Virus record (IMG/VR): IMGVR_UViG_3300037067_016777
Span: 205,106 to 269,105 of that record
Length of the DNA stretch: 64,000 nucleotides
Strand: one strand, 5' to 3'
DNA from: a virus
Lineage: Duplodnaviria > Caudoviricetes
The notes beneath the pieces are model-generated. The model was given only the letters and a program-made list of their open reading frames with translations. It ran no database searches and was not told the DNA's origin. The first letter of the stretch is position 1; the number at the start of each line of letters is the position of its first letter. Made by a program: the position numbers and the translations under genes. Shown here in pieces: positions 45,382 through 55,989 of the stretch.

Positions 45382-47315
45382 TGGGCTTGACTGCCACACA
45401 GGGCGAAATTGTGCGCCGTTGTCAGAAGTCAACCCTGTTCTTTCTTAGAAATTTTGGAAAGACTAAACACCCGACTGCTGGCATATTGCCGTTTAATCCA
45501 TTTAAATATCAAGCCAGAGCATTAGGTGCTTTCCGTAAGCATAGATTTAACATATTTAAGAAGTCGCGGCAAACTGGTGCAAGCAAAATAGCTGGTGCGT
45601 TTGCATTATGGTTTGCAATGTTTTTCGGCAATAAAACGGTTCTGATAGTATCTAGGACTGACGAGGATGCTATCAATTTTCTGCGTGAAAACATAATATT
45701 TCTTTTTCGCAATCTTCCGCAATGGATGCAGAATGCTTGTAAGCCGATTAAAGAAAATGAGCATGAAATACAATTTCAGAATGGCTCTCGCATTCGTTCT
45801 TTAACATCTCACCCTGACGTATTACGATCAAATGCGTCTTCTTTGAATATTATCGACGAAGCTGCATTTATTAGAGATATGGGTGTGATGTGGGCAGCAG
45901 GCCAGCCGACTTTGATCCATGGTGGTAGTGTTATAGTAGTTTCAACAACATGCGGTGTTGGTGGTTGGTATTGGAGTACCTGGACAGATGCTGTAGCCGG
46001 ACTAAATAACTTCAATCCTATCAATATTGATTGGTGGGATATGGATTGGGAAATACGTTATCGCGATGATATGACAGGAGAGATAAAGGTTATCGCTCCT
46101 ACTGAAGGTCTCCGTGATTGTGTAACTCCTGACGAAATAGAAAAATATGGTCCAAAATGGTCTCCATGGCTTGAAGATCAATATCGTCAACTACAAGAAC
46201 GCGGTGAAACATGGAAGTTTAGACAAGAAATATTGGCAGAGTTTGTCGGATCTGGTAATACTATCATCGATCGTAGTGTCTTAGCATATTTGCAGACACT
46301 CGTTAACGACGATTTTAAACGTGTTAAAGGATTGCAGCCATATCTTCATCCGGTAAAGAACGAACACATTAAAGTTAATTTCAATGGTGATAAAAGAGAG
46401 CTAGATAAAGATGAGGGGTTATGGGTATGGAGGCCGCCCGCTCACGGGAAACGCCCAACATATCAAGGAAAGCGATTGATAGATCCAGGCGAACAACCAC
46501 ATCGCTATTCGATTGGGATTGATATTGCAACTGGCAAAGGTCGCGATTACTTCGGGTTAGAAGTTCTCGACATCGATGCTCAAGAGCAAGCAGCAGAAAT
46601 GATGATACGCTGCTTGCCGAAGCAATTTAAGCTTTTGGCGGATTATATAGGACGATGGTATAATAATGCTTTAATGGTTGTCGAGCGTAATAATGGTGGC
46701 GATGCTTTTATTGATGATATGCGATACGATCTAATGTATCCAAACTTGTGGCGTAAGAAGGACATAAACGATAGACCGAAAAAGAGCTCATCTACAGGCG
46801 GTTCTATAAAACTAGCTGAATATGGCTTCTATACCGGGCAAGCGTCAAAGCCAACATTAAATAAGGCATTAATTGATTATTTACAACCGCAAGGTGGATA
46901 TAAGATTTATAGCCATCGATTAATGAAGCAGCTACAAATTTATGTCCGCAAGAAAGACCGTGCTGGACGTGATACAGATAAAACGGAAGCTGAGGATGGT
47001 CCTGGCAATCATGACGACTTAGTTATCGGTCTTGGTTTAGCCTGTATCGGCATTAATGACGCAGCGGTACAGATGATTGGAGGATTGATTCCATTTCAAG
47101 AATCAATGCAGGCCGATTTGGGCATCTCAGATAGTAGCAATAGTACTAAATTCGATCCGACTGTATTGTCGCCAATATCTGGCTACGTAGAGATGTCACC
47201 TGATGTTAGTATATCAGGTGAGGTTCTTAGATTTGCAGAGCAATTAGGCGCTTTACCGATAAGCATGGAAAATATGCCGCCTGTATCCAATAAGCGGCAT
47301 ACACTTATTATTTGA
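45381..47315 (+). CDS. terL: Terminase large subunit (T4 gp17-like)
   Basis: KSRQTGAS Walker A, IIDEAAFI Walker B, VSTT, FRQE, GIDIATGKGRDY, VVERN, HDDLV. Confidence 0.95.
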   Translation: MGLTATQGEIVRRCQKSTLFFLRNFGKTKHPTAGILPFNPFKYQARALGAFRKHRFNIFKKSRQTGASKIAGAFALWFAMFFGNKTVLIVSRTDEDAINFLRENIIFLFRNLPQWMQNACKPIKENEHEIQFQNGSRIRSLTSHPDVLRSNASSLNIIDEAAFIRDMGVMWAAGQPTLIHGGSVIVVSTTCGVGGWYWSTWTDAVAGLNNFNPINIDWWDMDWEIRYRDDMTGEIKVIAPTEGLRDCVTPDEIEKYGPKWSPWLEDQYRQLQERGETWKFRQEILAEFVGSGNTIIDRSVLAYLQTLVNDDFKRVKGLQPYLHPVKNEHIKVNFNGDKRELDKDEGLWVWRPPAHGKRPTYQGKRLIDPGEQPHRYSIGIDIATGKGRDYFGLEVLDIDAQEQAAEMMIRCLPKQFKLLADYIGRWYNNALMVVERNNGGDAFIDDMRYDLMYPNLWRKKDINDRPKKSSSTGGSIKLAEYGFYTGQASKPTLNKALIDYLQPQGGYKIYSHRLMKQLQIYVRKKDRAGRDTDKTEAEDGPGNHDDLVIGLGLACIGINDAAVQMIGGLIPFQESMQADLGISDSSNSTKFDPTVLSPISGYVEMSPDVSISGEVLRFAEQLGALPISMENMPPVSNKRHTLII

Positions 47316-47350
47316 CATTCTGCCTCTAAAAGATATTTTAGAGGTGCAAC

Positions 47351-48265
47351 ATGCCAACTTTATTTAATTTACCACCATATGTTGTTGATAAGGCTAATTT
47401 AGATGTTATGAATTGGGGTATGGCTTTTGAGGGTATCTCTGATATTTGGAAGATAACGAAAGGTCAAAATGTAAAAGTCGCCATATTAGATACTGGCGTA
47501 GCACAGCGACATCAAGATTTAGCTGGTGCTATCGCACAAAGTATCGACTTTACAGGAAGTAAGAACGGTGTTGAAGATCGAGTCGGCCATGGGACATTTT
47601 GTGCAGGAATTATTGGTGCACGTCAGAATAAATTTGGAGTTGTTGGTGTTGCACCAGAGTGTCAACTGTTGGTTTGTAAGGTTGCGGCAGATAATAAATC
47701 GTGTTATGATCAAGCTGTTATTAATGGCCTAAATTGGGCTGCAGCACAGGATGCCGATGTAATCTCGATGAGCATTGGTACGCCAATATCGACAAACGAA
47801 CTTCACAATGCGATTATTACAGCCTCACAAAAGACTATTATTGTATGTGCAGCGGGCAATAATGGACCAGCACTAGACTCTGTTAATTATCCTGCACGAT
47901 ATATAGAAACTATTAGCGTTGGTGCTATCGATCGCAATAAGCATGTTCCCAATTATTCATCTCGTGGAGATCGCGTCGATATCGTAGCACCCGGCGATCA
48001 AATAGTCTCATGCTGGCCGCCGAATAATATGGCTATGTTAAGTGGGACAAGTATGGCCTGTCCATTTGTAGCTGGCATCATAGGATTAATGATTGCTGTT
48101 CGAAAGAAAGACGGTAGGACTGAAATGAACAGAAATGAGATAGTTAGTTTGCTATCAGAATCTACGATTGATATAGGTCCACCTGGCAGAGATAATATGA
48201 GCGGATTTGGATTAATTAATCCAATGCTGCTATTACGTGAATCTGTGGAACATTATCCAAAGTAA
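47351..48265 (+). CDS. Subtilisin-like S8 serine protease
   Basis: Catalytic triad motifs VAILDTG, GHGTFCAG and SGTSMACP; oxyanion motif AAGN. Confidence 0.95.
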   Translation: MPTLFNLPPYVVDKANLDVMNWGMAFEGISDIWKITKGQNVKVAILDTGVAQRHQDLAGAIAQSIDFTGSKNGVEDRVGHGTFCAGIIGARQNKFGVVGVAPECQLLVCKVAADNKSCYDQAVINGLNWAAAQDADVISMSIGTPISTNELHNAIITASQKTIIVCAAGNNGPALDSVNYPARYIETISVGAIDRNKHVPNYSSRGDRVDIVAPGDQIVSCWPPNNMAMLSGTSMACPFVAGIIGLMIAVRKKDGRTEMNRNEIVSLLSESTIDIGPPGRDNMSGFGLINPMLLLRESVEHYPK

Positions 48266-48288
48266 CAACTAATTATAATAATATATTC

Positions 48289-49728
48289 CTAAAGCTGTTT
48301 AATAAAGCACAGTTTTTCACCGCCATACTTTCTAGCATACCCATATTTCTCGGCAAACTCATATTCAGTCATTTTAAGACTTATAGCCCTACCGTAGAGT
48401 GTACGTTTATGCATCACATATCCTTTCAGATCAACATACCAATAGTCAGCTGGCACAGAATGGTGTAGTGCGAAATTACTTGCTTTATAAATCGTTCCGA
48501 TATGTCCAACCGTTGTATCGGCATATGCGATTACAAGTTTGCAATCAGCGAATTTTAATGCTCTACTTATTATCCAGGTTGCGAAGTTATCTTTATGATA
48601 TGACGGATGAATACATAATCTAGACAATTCGCGAACTTCTTCGTCTTGCAATCCGAACTGTCCCGCTGTATTCTGGCGTAGTGGAGGACTGAAGACAACT
48701 ACAGCAATCAATTCATCATTCAAAAAAGCACCTATCGATCTTCCACCACGCCCTTTTCCGATATAATGATATAATATTAAGAAATCTGTAGCATTTGCAG
48801 CGCTGATTTCCTTGATTTGTACGTCGTTAAAATTAAATTCCTTTGTTTCTATACCGATTCCAAGCTTCAATTTAAGACGGTCTAGAACTCGGTCTTTACA
48901 ATAGAATTCATGCTCCCAAACATACATTATTTCATATTCTGGAAAATAACGAGAAATATAAGTGAATTTAGCTTTGTCATTTCGAGAAGATTTTGGTAAA
49001 GCATGCCAGTAATCTCCTTGGCACTCAACTAATATACTTTTACGATTTACTCCGGGTATCAGACAATCGAAAACATAATATCCTATCTGTGTCCGTTCAC
49101 TTTCTTTAAAATATTCAACACCGAGATCGTCTAGGAATTTATAAAGCATATGTTGAATATACGATATTTTGCCAGACTGGGCAGATCTCGCAATTGCCAT
49201 TTTAGTGCGATATTCATCATTTTTCCAGGCGCGACGAGCACCAGCTGCGCATAATGCTTTTACATCATCTGAATTCATTATTTTGTGGTGTAATGCTTTT
49301 AATTCTGGATTCTTCCAGTTTTTAATTGATATTTTTCTCAATTTCTCTCTTGCTGCTGTATCTGTATATCTCGCTCTTAATATTGATGATACGTCTACAC
49401 TTTTCATTCCTTCTTTTGTAGCGTCTTTTTGTTTGGCTTTGAATTTTTCATCTTTTAGTAAAATCGCAGTACTAATGACCCTTTCTGTACGATAAGTATC
49501 ATTTTCCCATTGTTTTTTCATACGACTAGATATTATATCTGATTCCAACTTCTTTACACATGACTGGCACAACCAAGGCATCTGATTATCGATCACTGCA
49601 CTTTTAACTCTTATAATAATAGATCGTGGTTTCTGACAGGTATCGCAGCGACAGATAACCTTTGGGCGCTTGCTGTTTGGTATGCTTGAATAACCAAATT
49701 CTTGTTCTGTCTTTGTCCAGTCAATCAT
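48289..49728 (-). CDS. Homing-endonuclease-like protein (basic helical repeats + Vsr/DUF559-like nuclease) fused to a Mom-like GNAT domain
   Basis: YVFDC...LVECQGDYWH...ND..K...VWEHE, then YHY...ELSRLC...IAYAD..VGH.GTIYKASNF. Confidence 0.7.
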   Translation of the reverse strand: MIDWTKTEQEFGYSSIPNSKRPKVICRCDTCQKPRSIIIRVKSAVIDNQMPWLCQSCVKKLESDIISSRMKKQWENDTYRTERVISTAILLKDEKFKAKQKDATKEGMKSVDVSSILRARYTDTAAREKLRKISIKNWKNPELKALHHKIMNSDDVKALCAAGARRAWKNDEYRTKMAIARSAQSGKISYIQHMLYKFLDDLGVEYFKESERTQIGYYVFDCLIPGVNRKSILVECQGDYWHALPKSSRNDKAKFTYISRYFPEYEIMYVWEHEFYCKDRVLDRLKLKLGIGIETKEFNFNDVQIKEISAANATDFLILYHYIGKGRGGRSIGAFLNDELIAVVVFSPPLRQNTAGQFGLQDEEVRELSRLCIHPSYHKDNFATWIISRALKFADCKLVIAYADTTVGHIGTIYKASNFALHHSVPADYWYVDLKGYVMHKRTLYGRAISLKMTEYEFAEKYGYARKYGGEKLCFIKQL

Positions 49729-49802
49729 TTTACTAGTAGATATATAGTGCTGTTGAATAGATCCACATTAAAAAATACTGTAAATTATACTATAGGTTGA
49801 TT

Positions 49803-51722
49803 ATGCCTGCAAATTGGTTGGTGTGGGATCGAATCAGGGAGTTTACCCGTTCTAACCGTATCTATCAGCAAGAACGGATATTACAGGATCAATCTTCTAT
49901 AGATAAACTTGCTGTAGGTGGGGATTTTCTAGACTTCTCTTCGCAAAATGCAATTCTCCAGCAAACGAACCTACAGATTAATCGTTTGGAGAGATATAAA
50001 GATTATGAGCAGATGGATCAGACAGGTGAGATCAGCTTAGCACTTGATTTATACTCAGATGAGTGTTCACTTATCGACCCAGAGTACAAGCATGGTTTAA
50101 TTATCCGAGCCGCTAATAGGAGGATAAAGGAGGATTTAGAGGAATTATTCTTTGATACATTGTTGATTGATAGATGGTTAAGGCCAGCGTCAAGATACCT
50201 TTGTAAATTCGGTGATGCTGCATTCGAAGTTGTTACCGATAGAAACCGTACTGGTGTTTCATCATTGCGGTTTATGAATATTTATAATTTTACTCGCATC
50301 GAGACGCGATTCGGCGATTTGGTGGGATTCTTTTATCAAGACGAGATGTATCCAGAGCCTGTGTTTATGCATCCTTGGTCCTGTATGCATATGCGTCTGA
50401 CGAATTTCGAATCTGTCTATGCTCCATATGGTCGAGCTGTTATCGATGGCTCCCGAAAACCGTTTAAACAGCTACGGTTGATGGAAGATGCTTCGCTGAT
50501 CTATCGCATTACGAGAGGACCAGAGAAACGCAAATACAAGATTCCAGTAGGAATGATTCCTCCGAAGGAAGTTCCTGAATATTTGATGAGCATCGCTAGG
50601 ATGTTCAAGCGTCAGCGATTTTACAATCCAACTACCGGCACATTCGATGAACGGTTCTCCCCAATCGTCCAAGAAGACGATTTCTTCTTACCTATGCGGC
50701 CAGACGGTACTGGGCCAGATATTGAAGTTCTCCCTGGTGGCGAGAATATGGATAAGATCTCTGATATCGAGTACTTTAAGAAGAAAATGATTTCTCCTTT
50801 GAAGATACCGTTCGCCCGCGTTGGTATTGGTGAAGGTGCTGGAGAACCGAATGAAAAATCATTAGCTCAATCTGATGCTGAATTTGCTAAAGCTGTTCAA
50901 TGGATACAATCTGAAATAGCATTAAGTTTACAGAAGATAGGAATTATTCATTTAGCTTTACGTGGATATTCTGTTCAGGATATTAAGGGATTCTCTTTAT
51001 CATTAGCATCTACATCTGCTTTAGACGATTTGTATAGGATGGAGACGTGGGCTACTAGAGTTGGTGTTATGGCCGATCTGAAAGAAATCGGTTGGTTCCC
51101 GAAACAATGGATTGTTACTAGATTTACTGATTTATCGCCAGATGAGATTGAAGAGATGGAAGAAATGCAGGAAGATGAAGGTGGTGGAGAAGACGAAGGT
51201 GGTGAGGGTGGTGGTATAGGTGGTGGCGATTTTGGCGGAGGTGATGATGAAGATGTCGATCTAGATATGGATATGGACATGGATATGGGGGGTAGAGAAG
51301 AGGGCGAAGTCGGTGGGGATGTTGATGAAGTCGAAGAGGAAGAAGGTGGTGAAGAGGAAGAATTTGAATTAGAGAATAGGAAAGCAGAACGCAGAGTGAT
51401 ATTAGAGATACGTCGCGATACTCGACGGAAGAAACAATATAATAAATTAGTTAAATTATCTCGTCGTGCGAAAGTAATATCGAATCCATTCCAATATCTT
51501 CTTGAATCGAAGGAATTAGATGGCCTTACGAAATCTAGGTTGTCTGGCGGCGACGTTTTAAAAGAAGATATTAACAATAGCGATGGGTTGTTAGTGGCAT
51601 GGTCTGTGCCTCAGAAAGATCGCGACGAAGCGATAGCAGAAATTAAGAATGTTATCAGAAATCAACCTGTAACGGTTGATATAGATGATATAGAAGTTGA
51701 TCAAAATGACTTACCCACTTAA
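49803..51722 (+). CDS. gp20: Portal protein (T4 gp20-like) with an acidic C-terminal extension
   Basis: EISLALDLY.DE, QLRLMEDA.LIYRITR.PE.R, EDDFFLP.R, I.VLPGG.N...I.DIEYF.KK....L.IP. Confidence 0.95.
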   Translation: MPANWLVWDRIREFTRSNRIYQQERILQDQSSIDKLAVGGDFLDFSSQNAILQQTNLQINRLERYKDYEQMDQTGEISLALDLYSDECSLIDPEYKHGLIIRAANRRIKEDLEELFFDTLLIDRWLRPASRYLCKFGDAAFEVVTDRNRTGVSSLRFMNIYNFTRIETRFGDLVGFFYQDEMYPEPVFMHPWSCMHMRLTNFESVYAPYGRAVIDGSRKPFKQLRLMEDASLIYRITRGPEKRKYKIPVGMIPPKEVPEYLMSIARMFKRQRFYNPTTGTFDERFSPIVQEDDFFLPMRPDGTGPDIEVLPGGENMDKISDIEYFKKKMISPLKIPFARVGIGEGAGEPNEKSLAQSDAEFAKAVQWIQSEIALSLQKIGIIHLALRGYSVQDIKGFSLSLASTSALDDLYRMETWATRVGVMADLKEIGWFPKQWIVTRFTDLSPDEIEEMEEMQEDEGGGEDEGGEGGGIGGGDFGGGDDEDVDLDMDMDMDMGGREEGEVGGDVDEVEEEEGGEEEEFELENRKAERRVILEIRRDTRRKKQYNKLVKLSRRAKVISNPFQYLLESKELDGLTKSRLSGGDVLKEDINNSDGLLVAWSVPQKDRDEAIAEIKNVIRNQPVTVDIDDIEVDQNDLPT

Positions 51723-51797
51723 AGGCAAATATTACTATATAAGCAAATCGAACTCTCCGAGTGTCGGAAGCGGTTGTAATCAATAGGGAGCTTGTAC

Positions 51798-54700
51798 ATG
51801 GCCACCAAAGCCGAATGCCTGGTGTTGGATAGCAGGAAGTTTCTTGGAACGATCAATAACTCCGCCCAAAGTAGGGTGGCTCTTTATGAGTCATTGATTG
51901 CACGTCTTGGGCAGAAGGTCGGTGCCAAGTGGCAGCTCGCCGCTCTCAATGAAGGCAATTTATTCATTGAAGATACCACCAGTGGTTCTTATTATGTTGC
52001 TGACCACCAACACCTGCGTGGTGGCAAGGTCAACATAACGAATGTTCGCCCTGTTAAGATTGTTGAAGGCCAAAAGCGGTCGCTGTTCGAGCAGAATTGC
52101 CGTGGTCTTGTTAATGCAATCGAGGCAAACGACCAACGAGCAATGCGGACGACATTCAATAATTTGGCCGCTCAGAAATTCTCACCTCATACGATTCCAA
52201 CATCCGGCGTCGTTCGTACTCGTGATGGTGTTGTGCGTAAACTTCGGGTTGAATCGGTTTCGAAGGGTTGGACCGGCCAACAGAAGCAGAAGCTGGTCAA
52301 GGCTTTGGTGGAGAGCGTGTCTGATTCGGTAGTTCTTGAAAGCGGTAGGCTTATTAGTGCTACATTTAACGGCGATCGCCAGAAAAAGTTGCCTGTTAGT
52401 GAATGGACCTGCCGGAAAGTTGTCGGCACTCATATGCGCGAATCAGCTAAGGAAGCATATAAGTCTGAAGGTTTCCAGAAGCGGATTTATAAAGTTGCGA
52501 AGCTTATCTATAGCGATAAGATCGCTGAAGCTGTCGCTGGTGTGAAGGATTTCTTATTTGAGCAACAAGAATTCTGCTTGTTAACCAGACGTGAATGCCA
52601 TACTCTCGTCGAGAACACTCTGGCGGCAAGAGCAGTTATGAATCAACAGTTGTGCAATGATACAGCCACACTGATATATCGAACAAATTTGAAGGTCAAT
52701 CGCGACACTATTGTTAAGGAATGGCGTGCAACTGCTGTGAAGTCGCAGCACCCGACACTTCTAGAGAATGTGAGTGTTCTCGAAAAGACGAAAGATTTTG
52801 ATGCTGATTATGATAAATTCTTGAATATGACCTTTAATGAAGCTCTTTCGCCTCGTGATGAAGAGGTGAAGGCGTATCGCACAGCATTAGGCTTGCTTCG
52901 CGATAGCCCTAAGATTCAAGAGGACGTCGAACTTCAAGAAAAAGTCAACGAACTGATCGACAAGTTGTCGGAATCGGAAGTTGACGATGCTACTGTCTAT
53001 CTCGTTCGCGAGACATTGGCTTCCGCTCATAAAGAGCTCGAAGCGATGGATACGTTGAACGATTATGATACGCAGGGCGGCTCTGAAACCAATGCTGGAA
53101 TTGACGCCGGCGAAGGCTTGGGTGAAGAAATTGGTGACGATCTTGGTGATGTTAGCACAACCGGCGCTGAAGGTCAACCAAATATTGTTATTAATTCACC
53201 TCTGATTCAGATTGGTGGTACATCTAGTGCTGCTCCTGAAGGTGAAGGTCTTAGTGGTGAAGGTTTTGGTGGTGAAGCTGATGAATTCGAGGATCTTGGC
53301 GACGATCTCGATCTCAATGACGAGGAAGAGGGCGAGGAAGATCTTGATGAACTTGGTCTTGGTGGCGAGGAAGAAGAGGAACTTGGTCTTGGCGGCGAGG
53401 AAGAAGATAAGGATGTTAATATCAACCTCGACAGCAAGCAAAAAACTGACAAGCCAGTGTCTGAGCGTTTAGTTCGTAAAGCCCTCGGTCTTGCTGAAGA
53501 TAAAGAATGGTTGAAGAATAAAATCGCCGAGAAGGAAGGTAAAGAGGGCGACGAGGAGGAATGCGAAGAAGAATGTGAAACTGAGTGCGATGAGAGTTCT
53601 GATCCGTACGCCATGGGAGAGTCGGTTGATTTCACATCCAGTATGGGCTCAGATTACGGCAAATCAATACTTCGAGGCGAGATGAACGATGTGGTTTCTA
53701 GCATGTTCAAGATCGCTGAATCCAAAAGTGTCGATATTGAAGATATCGACACAAATAAGTTGGCATTGGAAGCTATTGCAGCTTCTGGCCTGCGGATTCC
53801 AGAACATCGCATTAACGCCACTATCGACAATATTGTCGAGCAATTCCGACAAATTGCCGAAGACCAGTATAAGAGTGGTACTTTGATGCGTCGGCGCAAC
53901 CCACGACGTTCTAGTTTGAACAAAACCGAACGTAAGAAGCCATCCGGCAATAGTGTTGCTGAACTTGGCGACGGGGCACCGCCCGAAGCTGACGCTGGTA
54001 TAACTGGCGAAGGGCCGAAGAACGAATCGCGTATTCGACGTAATATCGTATGGCTTGAACACGATGAGAATGGCAAGGGTATGAAGGGTGATCTTGATGG
54101 CGTTCGGTTTATTCTCGATTACGCTGAGCCGTTCGTCATTCTCAGTGAAGATGGCAACGTGAATGTTCCGATTCCTGAAGAATTGTTTGAGAGTACTTTG
54201 GCTGCTGCCGGAATCAAGGATGGTGATAGTAAGCCATTTTCAAAGTGGCTGGCAGAAGGAATTGAACAATTCAGACCAATTACAGAGGAAGAGGATCGTG
54301 TGCTCGACGAAGCTGTAGCCACGATTACCGCTGGTAGTGACGGGTCAGTTTCGGTTTCAGTCGATACTGGAGCTGAAGGTGAGAACCAGCCCATCGATTT
54401 AGAATTGGATGGTGTTCCTGGTATTGGTGAAATCAATGACGCTGATGATGATGATGAAGAGAACACTATGCAGCCAGTGACTGAGCCAGGAATTGAGCCA
54501 GAAATAGAGGCTCCCGAGGACACTGCTGATGAGATGCCTAACTTCGAGGCTGATACTACACCAGAACCAGAAGAGACTGAGGAAGTCGAAGAGGGCGACG
54601 AGAAGATCCAGGAAGATAAGGATATCACAGATCCGAAGAAGTCAGACTACGATACTACGAAGCAGGATCATCGCGAGCCCCCGAAAGAAAAGGGTGCACA

Positions 54701-54818
54701 AAAGCCACACGGCAAAGGCAAGAAGCTAGAGGGGTTTGAAGATGGTGGTGGCGTTGACGTCAGCACCAAATCGGCTCCTGCTCTCAAATCAGTTCAATCT
54801 GGTGAGAATAGAATCTAA
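51798..54818 (+). CDS. Large acidic prohead core / scaffold-like protein
   Basis: Directly follows portal; the C-terminal half is very Asp/Glu-rich; many (L/I/V)xE motifs. Confidence 0.5.
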   Translation: MATKAECLVLDSRKFLGTINNSAQSRVALYESLIARLGQKVGAKWQLAALNEGNLFIEDTTSGSYYVADHQHLRGGKVNITNVRPVKIVEGQKRSLFEQNCRGLVNAIEANDQRAMRTTFNNLAAQKFSPHTIPTSGVVRTRDGVVRKLRVESVSKGWTGQQKQKLVKALVESVSDSVVLESGRLISATFNGDRQKKLPVSEWTCRKVVGTHMRESAKEAYKSEGFQKRIYKVAKLIYSDKIAEAVAGVKDFLFEQQEFCLLTRRECHTLVENTLAARAVMNQQLCNDTATLIYRTNLKVNRDTIVKEWRATAVKSQHPTLLENVSVLEKTKDFDADYDKFLNMTFNEALSPRDEEVKAYRTALGLLRDSPKIQEDVELQEKVNELIDKLSESEVDDATVYLVRETLASAHKELEAMDTLNDYDTQGGSETNAGIDAGEGLGEEIGDDLGDVSTTGAEGQPNIVINSPLIQIGGTSSAAPEGEGLSGEGFGGEADEFEDLGDDLDLNDEEEGEEDLDELGLGGEEEEELGLGGEEEDKDVNINLDSKQKTDKPVSERLVRKALGLAEDKEWLKNKIAEKEGKEGDEEECEEECETECDESSDPYAMGESVDFTSSMGSDYGKSILRGEMNDVVSSMFKIAESKSVDIEDIDTNKLALEAIAASGLRIPEHRINATIDNIVEQFRQIAEDQYKSGTLMRRRNPRRSSLNKTERKKPSGNSVAELGDGAPPEADAGITGEGPKNESRIRRNIVWLEHDENGKGMKGDLDGVRFILDYAEPFVILSEDGNVNVPIPEELFESTLAAAGIKDGDSKPFSKWLAEGIEQFRPITEEEDRVLDEAVATITAGSDGSVSVSVDTGAEGENQPIDLELDGVPGIGEINDADDDDEENTMQPVTEPGIEPEIEAPEDTADEMPNFEADTTPEPEETEEVEEGDEKIQEDKDITDPKKSDYDTTKQDHREPPKEKGAQKPHGKGKKLEGFEDGGGVDVSTKSAPALKSVQSGENRI

Positions 54819-54849
54819 ACAGATTTGAGAAGTTAATCTACTATAGACC

Positions 54850-54873
54850 ATAGCCAAAAATATTGTTGGCTAT
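54850..54873 (+). terminator. Possible weak terminator hairpin
   Basis: atagccaa-aaatattg-ttggctat inverted repeat after the core gene; no clear U tract. Confidence 0.35.
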
Positions 54874-54905
54874 TACCGCCATAGTAAATACTGGCGAGGT
54901 CTATC

Positions 54906-55580
54906 ATGTTTACAGCGATCAGTGCAATCCTTGGTGCTATTGGGAGTGTGATAGCATCTATCATTAAAGTAATTCCTTGGCAAGCATGGGCTTGTCTTGC
55001 AATATTTCTATTTGGCGGTTGGATGTTTTATGGTGGTTCATGCCATGAATTTGCTTGCGGGCCAAGTCGGAAAGATACTAGAGATATAAAATGGGATGAG
55101 TTAACAGTAATCTCGACGCCAACAGGTGCCAGCTTGGAATGTAAAGTTGGCAATCGCGGCAAACGAACTAAAACAGTAAGTTTGACATATATCATAGCAC
55201 CATCTAATGGTGCTTTAGCAGAGGAAAGTCGTGCATCTCTTGAACGTCTTTCTGGTAGCCTTATTCGCATCCCATATCAAGGCATAATCAGAAAAGACCC
55301 AGTAGTAAAATCTACTCCAACTGTCTCAGAGGCTGCGGTGGATTTATCTACAGAGCCTGCAGAGGAGCAGATAGTAGAAGGATCGATACCAACAGAGTCG
55401 GGGCCACTAGAAGCGCGGATAATAGTTGGGATGATATATAATTCATACGGACAATGCTTGAACACTGAGCAGGTGCGGCTTGGAATGGCAGAATTATCAC
55501 CAGATGCCCCAAAGAGCTGGAAGGCATTTGAGACTGAAGCAAAGAAAAAGAAACTTGGGGTTTGGAAAAGTAAAAAGTAG
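54906..55580 (+). CDS. Membrane-anchored thermonuclease (SNase)-fold protein, catalytic motifs degenerate
   Basis: N-terminal TM segments; C-terminal LN.EQVR.GMA...ETEAKKKKLGVW. Confidence 0.65.
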   Translation: MFTAISAILGAIGSVIASIIKVIPWQAWACLAIFLFGGWMFYGGSCHEFACGPSRKDTRDIKWDELTVISTPTGASLECKVGNRGKRTKTVSLTYIIAPSNGALAEESRASLERLSGSLIRIPYQGIIRKDPVVKSTPTVSEAAVDLSTEPAEEQIVEGSIPTESGPLEARIIVGMIYNSYGQCLNTEQVRLGMAELSPDAPKSWKAFETEAKKKKLGVWKSKK

Positions 55581-55590
55581 GGGTGATATT

Positions 55591-55989
55591 ATGACACAGA
55601 TGATTGGTGGTATTGTGTTCGTCGTAGTTGCATTACTGATTGCTGCATATTGGGTCTGGTCGACCTGGTTTAAGAGCACTGCAGCTACTCAGACTTCGAA
55701 TGCAGCTTCGACGACAACCGTTGCTAGTGTTGCAAGCGTAGCAGTCGATACTACACAGCTAACGCTTAATCTCGGTTACATTGAGGTTTTAAGCAAAGTT
55801 GGTGTAATCTCAACATCTCCTGATGCTGTTAAAGCCTGTGATGTTCTAGCAGATGTACTTTGGCAGGGCGCTATGGCTGCTTGGAAGGCCGCACAGACCC
55901 CTGTTGATACTGCAGCGAAAGAGATAATCGTAAAGACAGTGAAGATTACAGCTCTTGACGGCCAAGTTGTGGAGGTTCCAGTCCAATGA
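55591..55989 (+). CDS. Membrane protein
   Basis: ATG 55591 after SD GGGTG; N-terminal TM helix. Confidence 0.6.
   Translation: MTQMIGGIVFVVVALLIAAYWVWSTWFKSTAATQTSNAASTTTVASVASVAVDTTQLTLNLGYIEVLSKVGVISTSPDAVKACDVLADVLWQGAMAAWKAAQTPVDTAAKEIIVKTVKITALDGQVVEVPVQ

Noticed and set aside
50975-54628. Several Ser/Pro-rich antisense ORFs
   Set aside because: Reverse complements of the Glu/Gly/Asp tracts in the portal and core genes.
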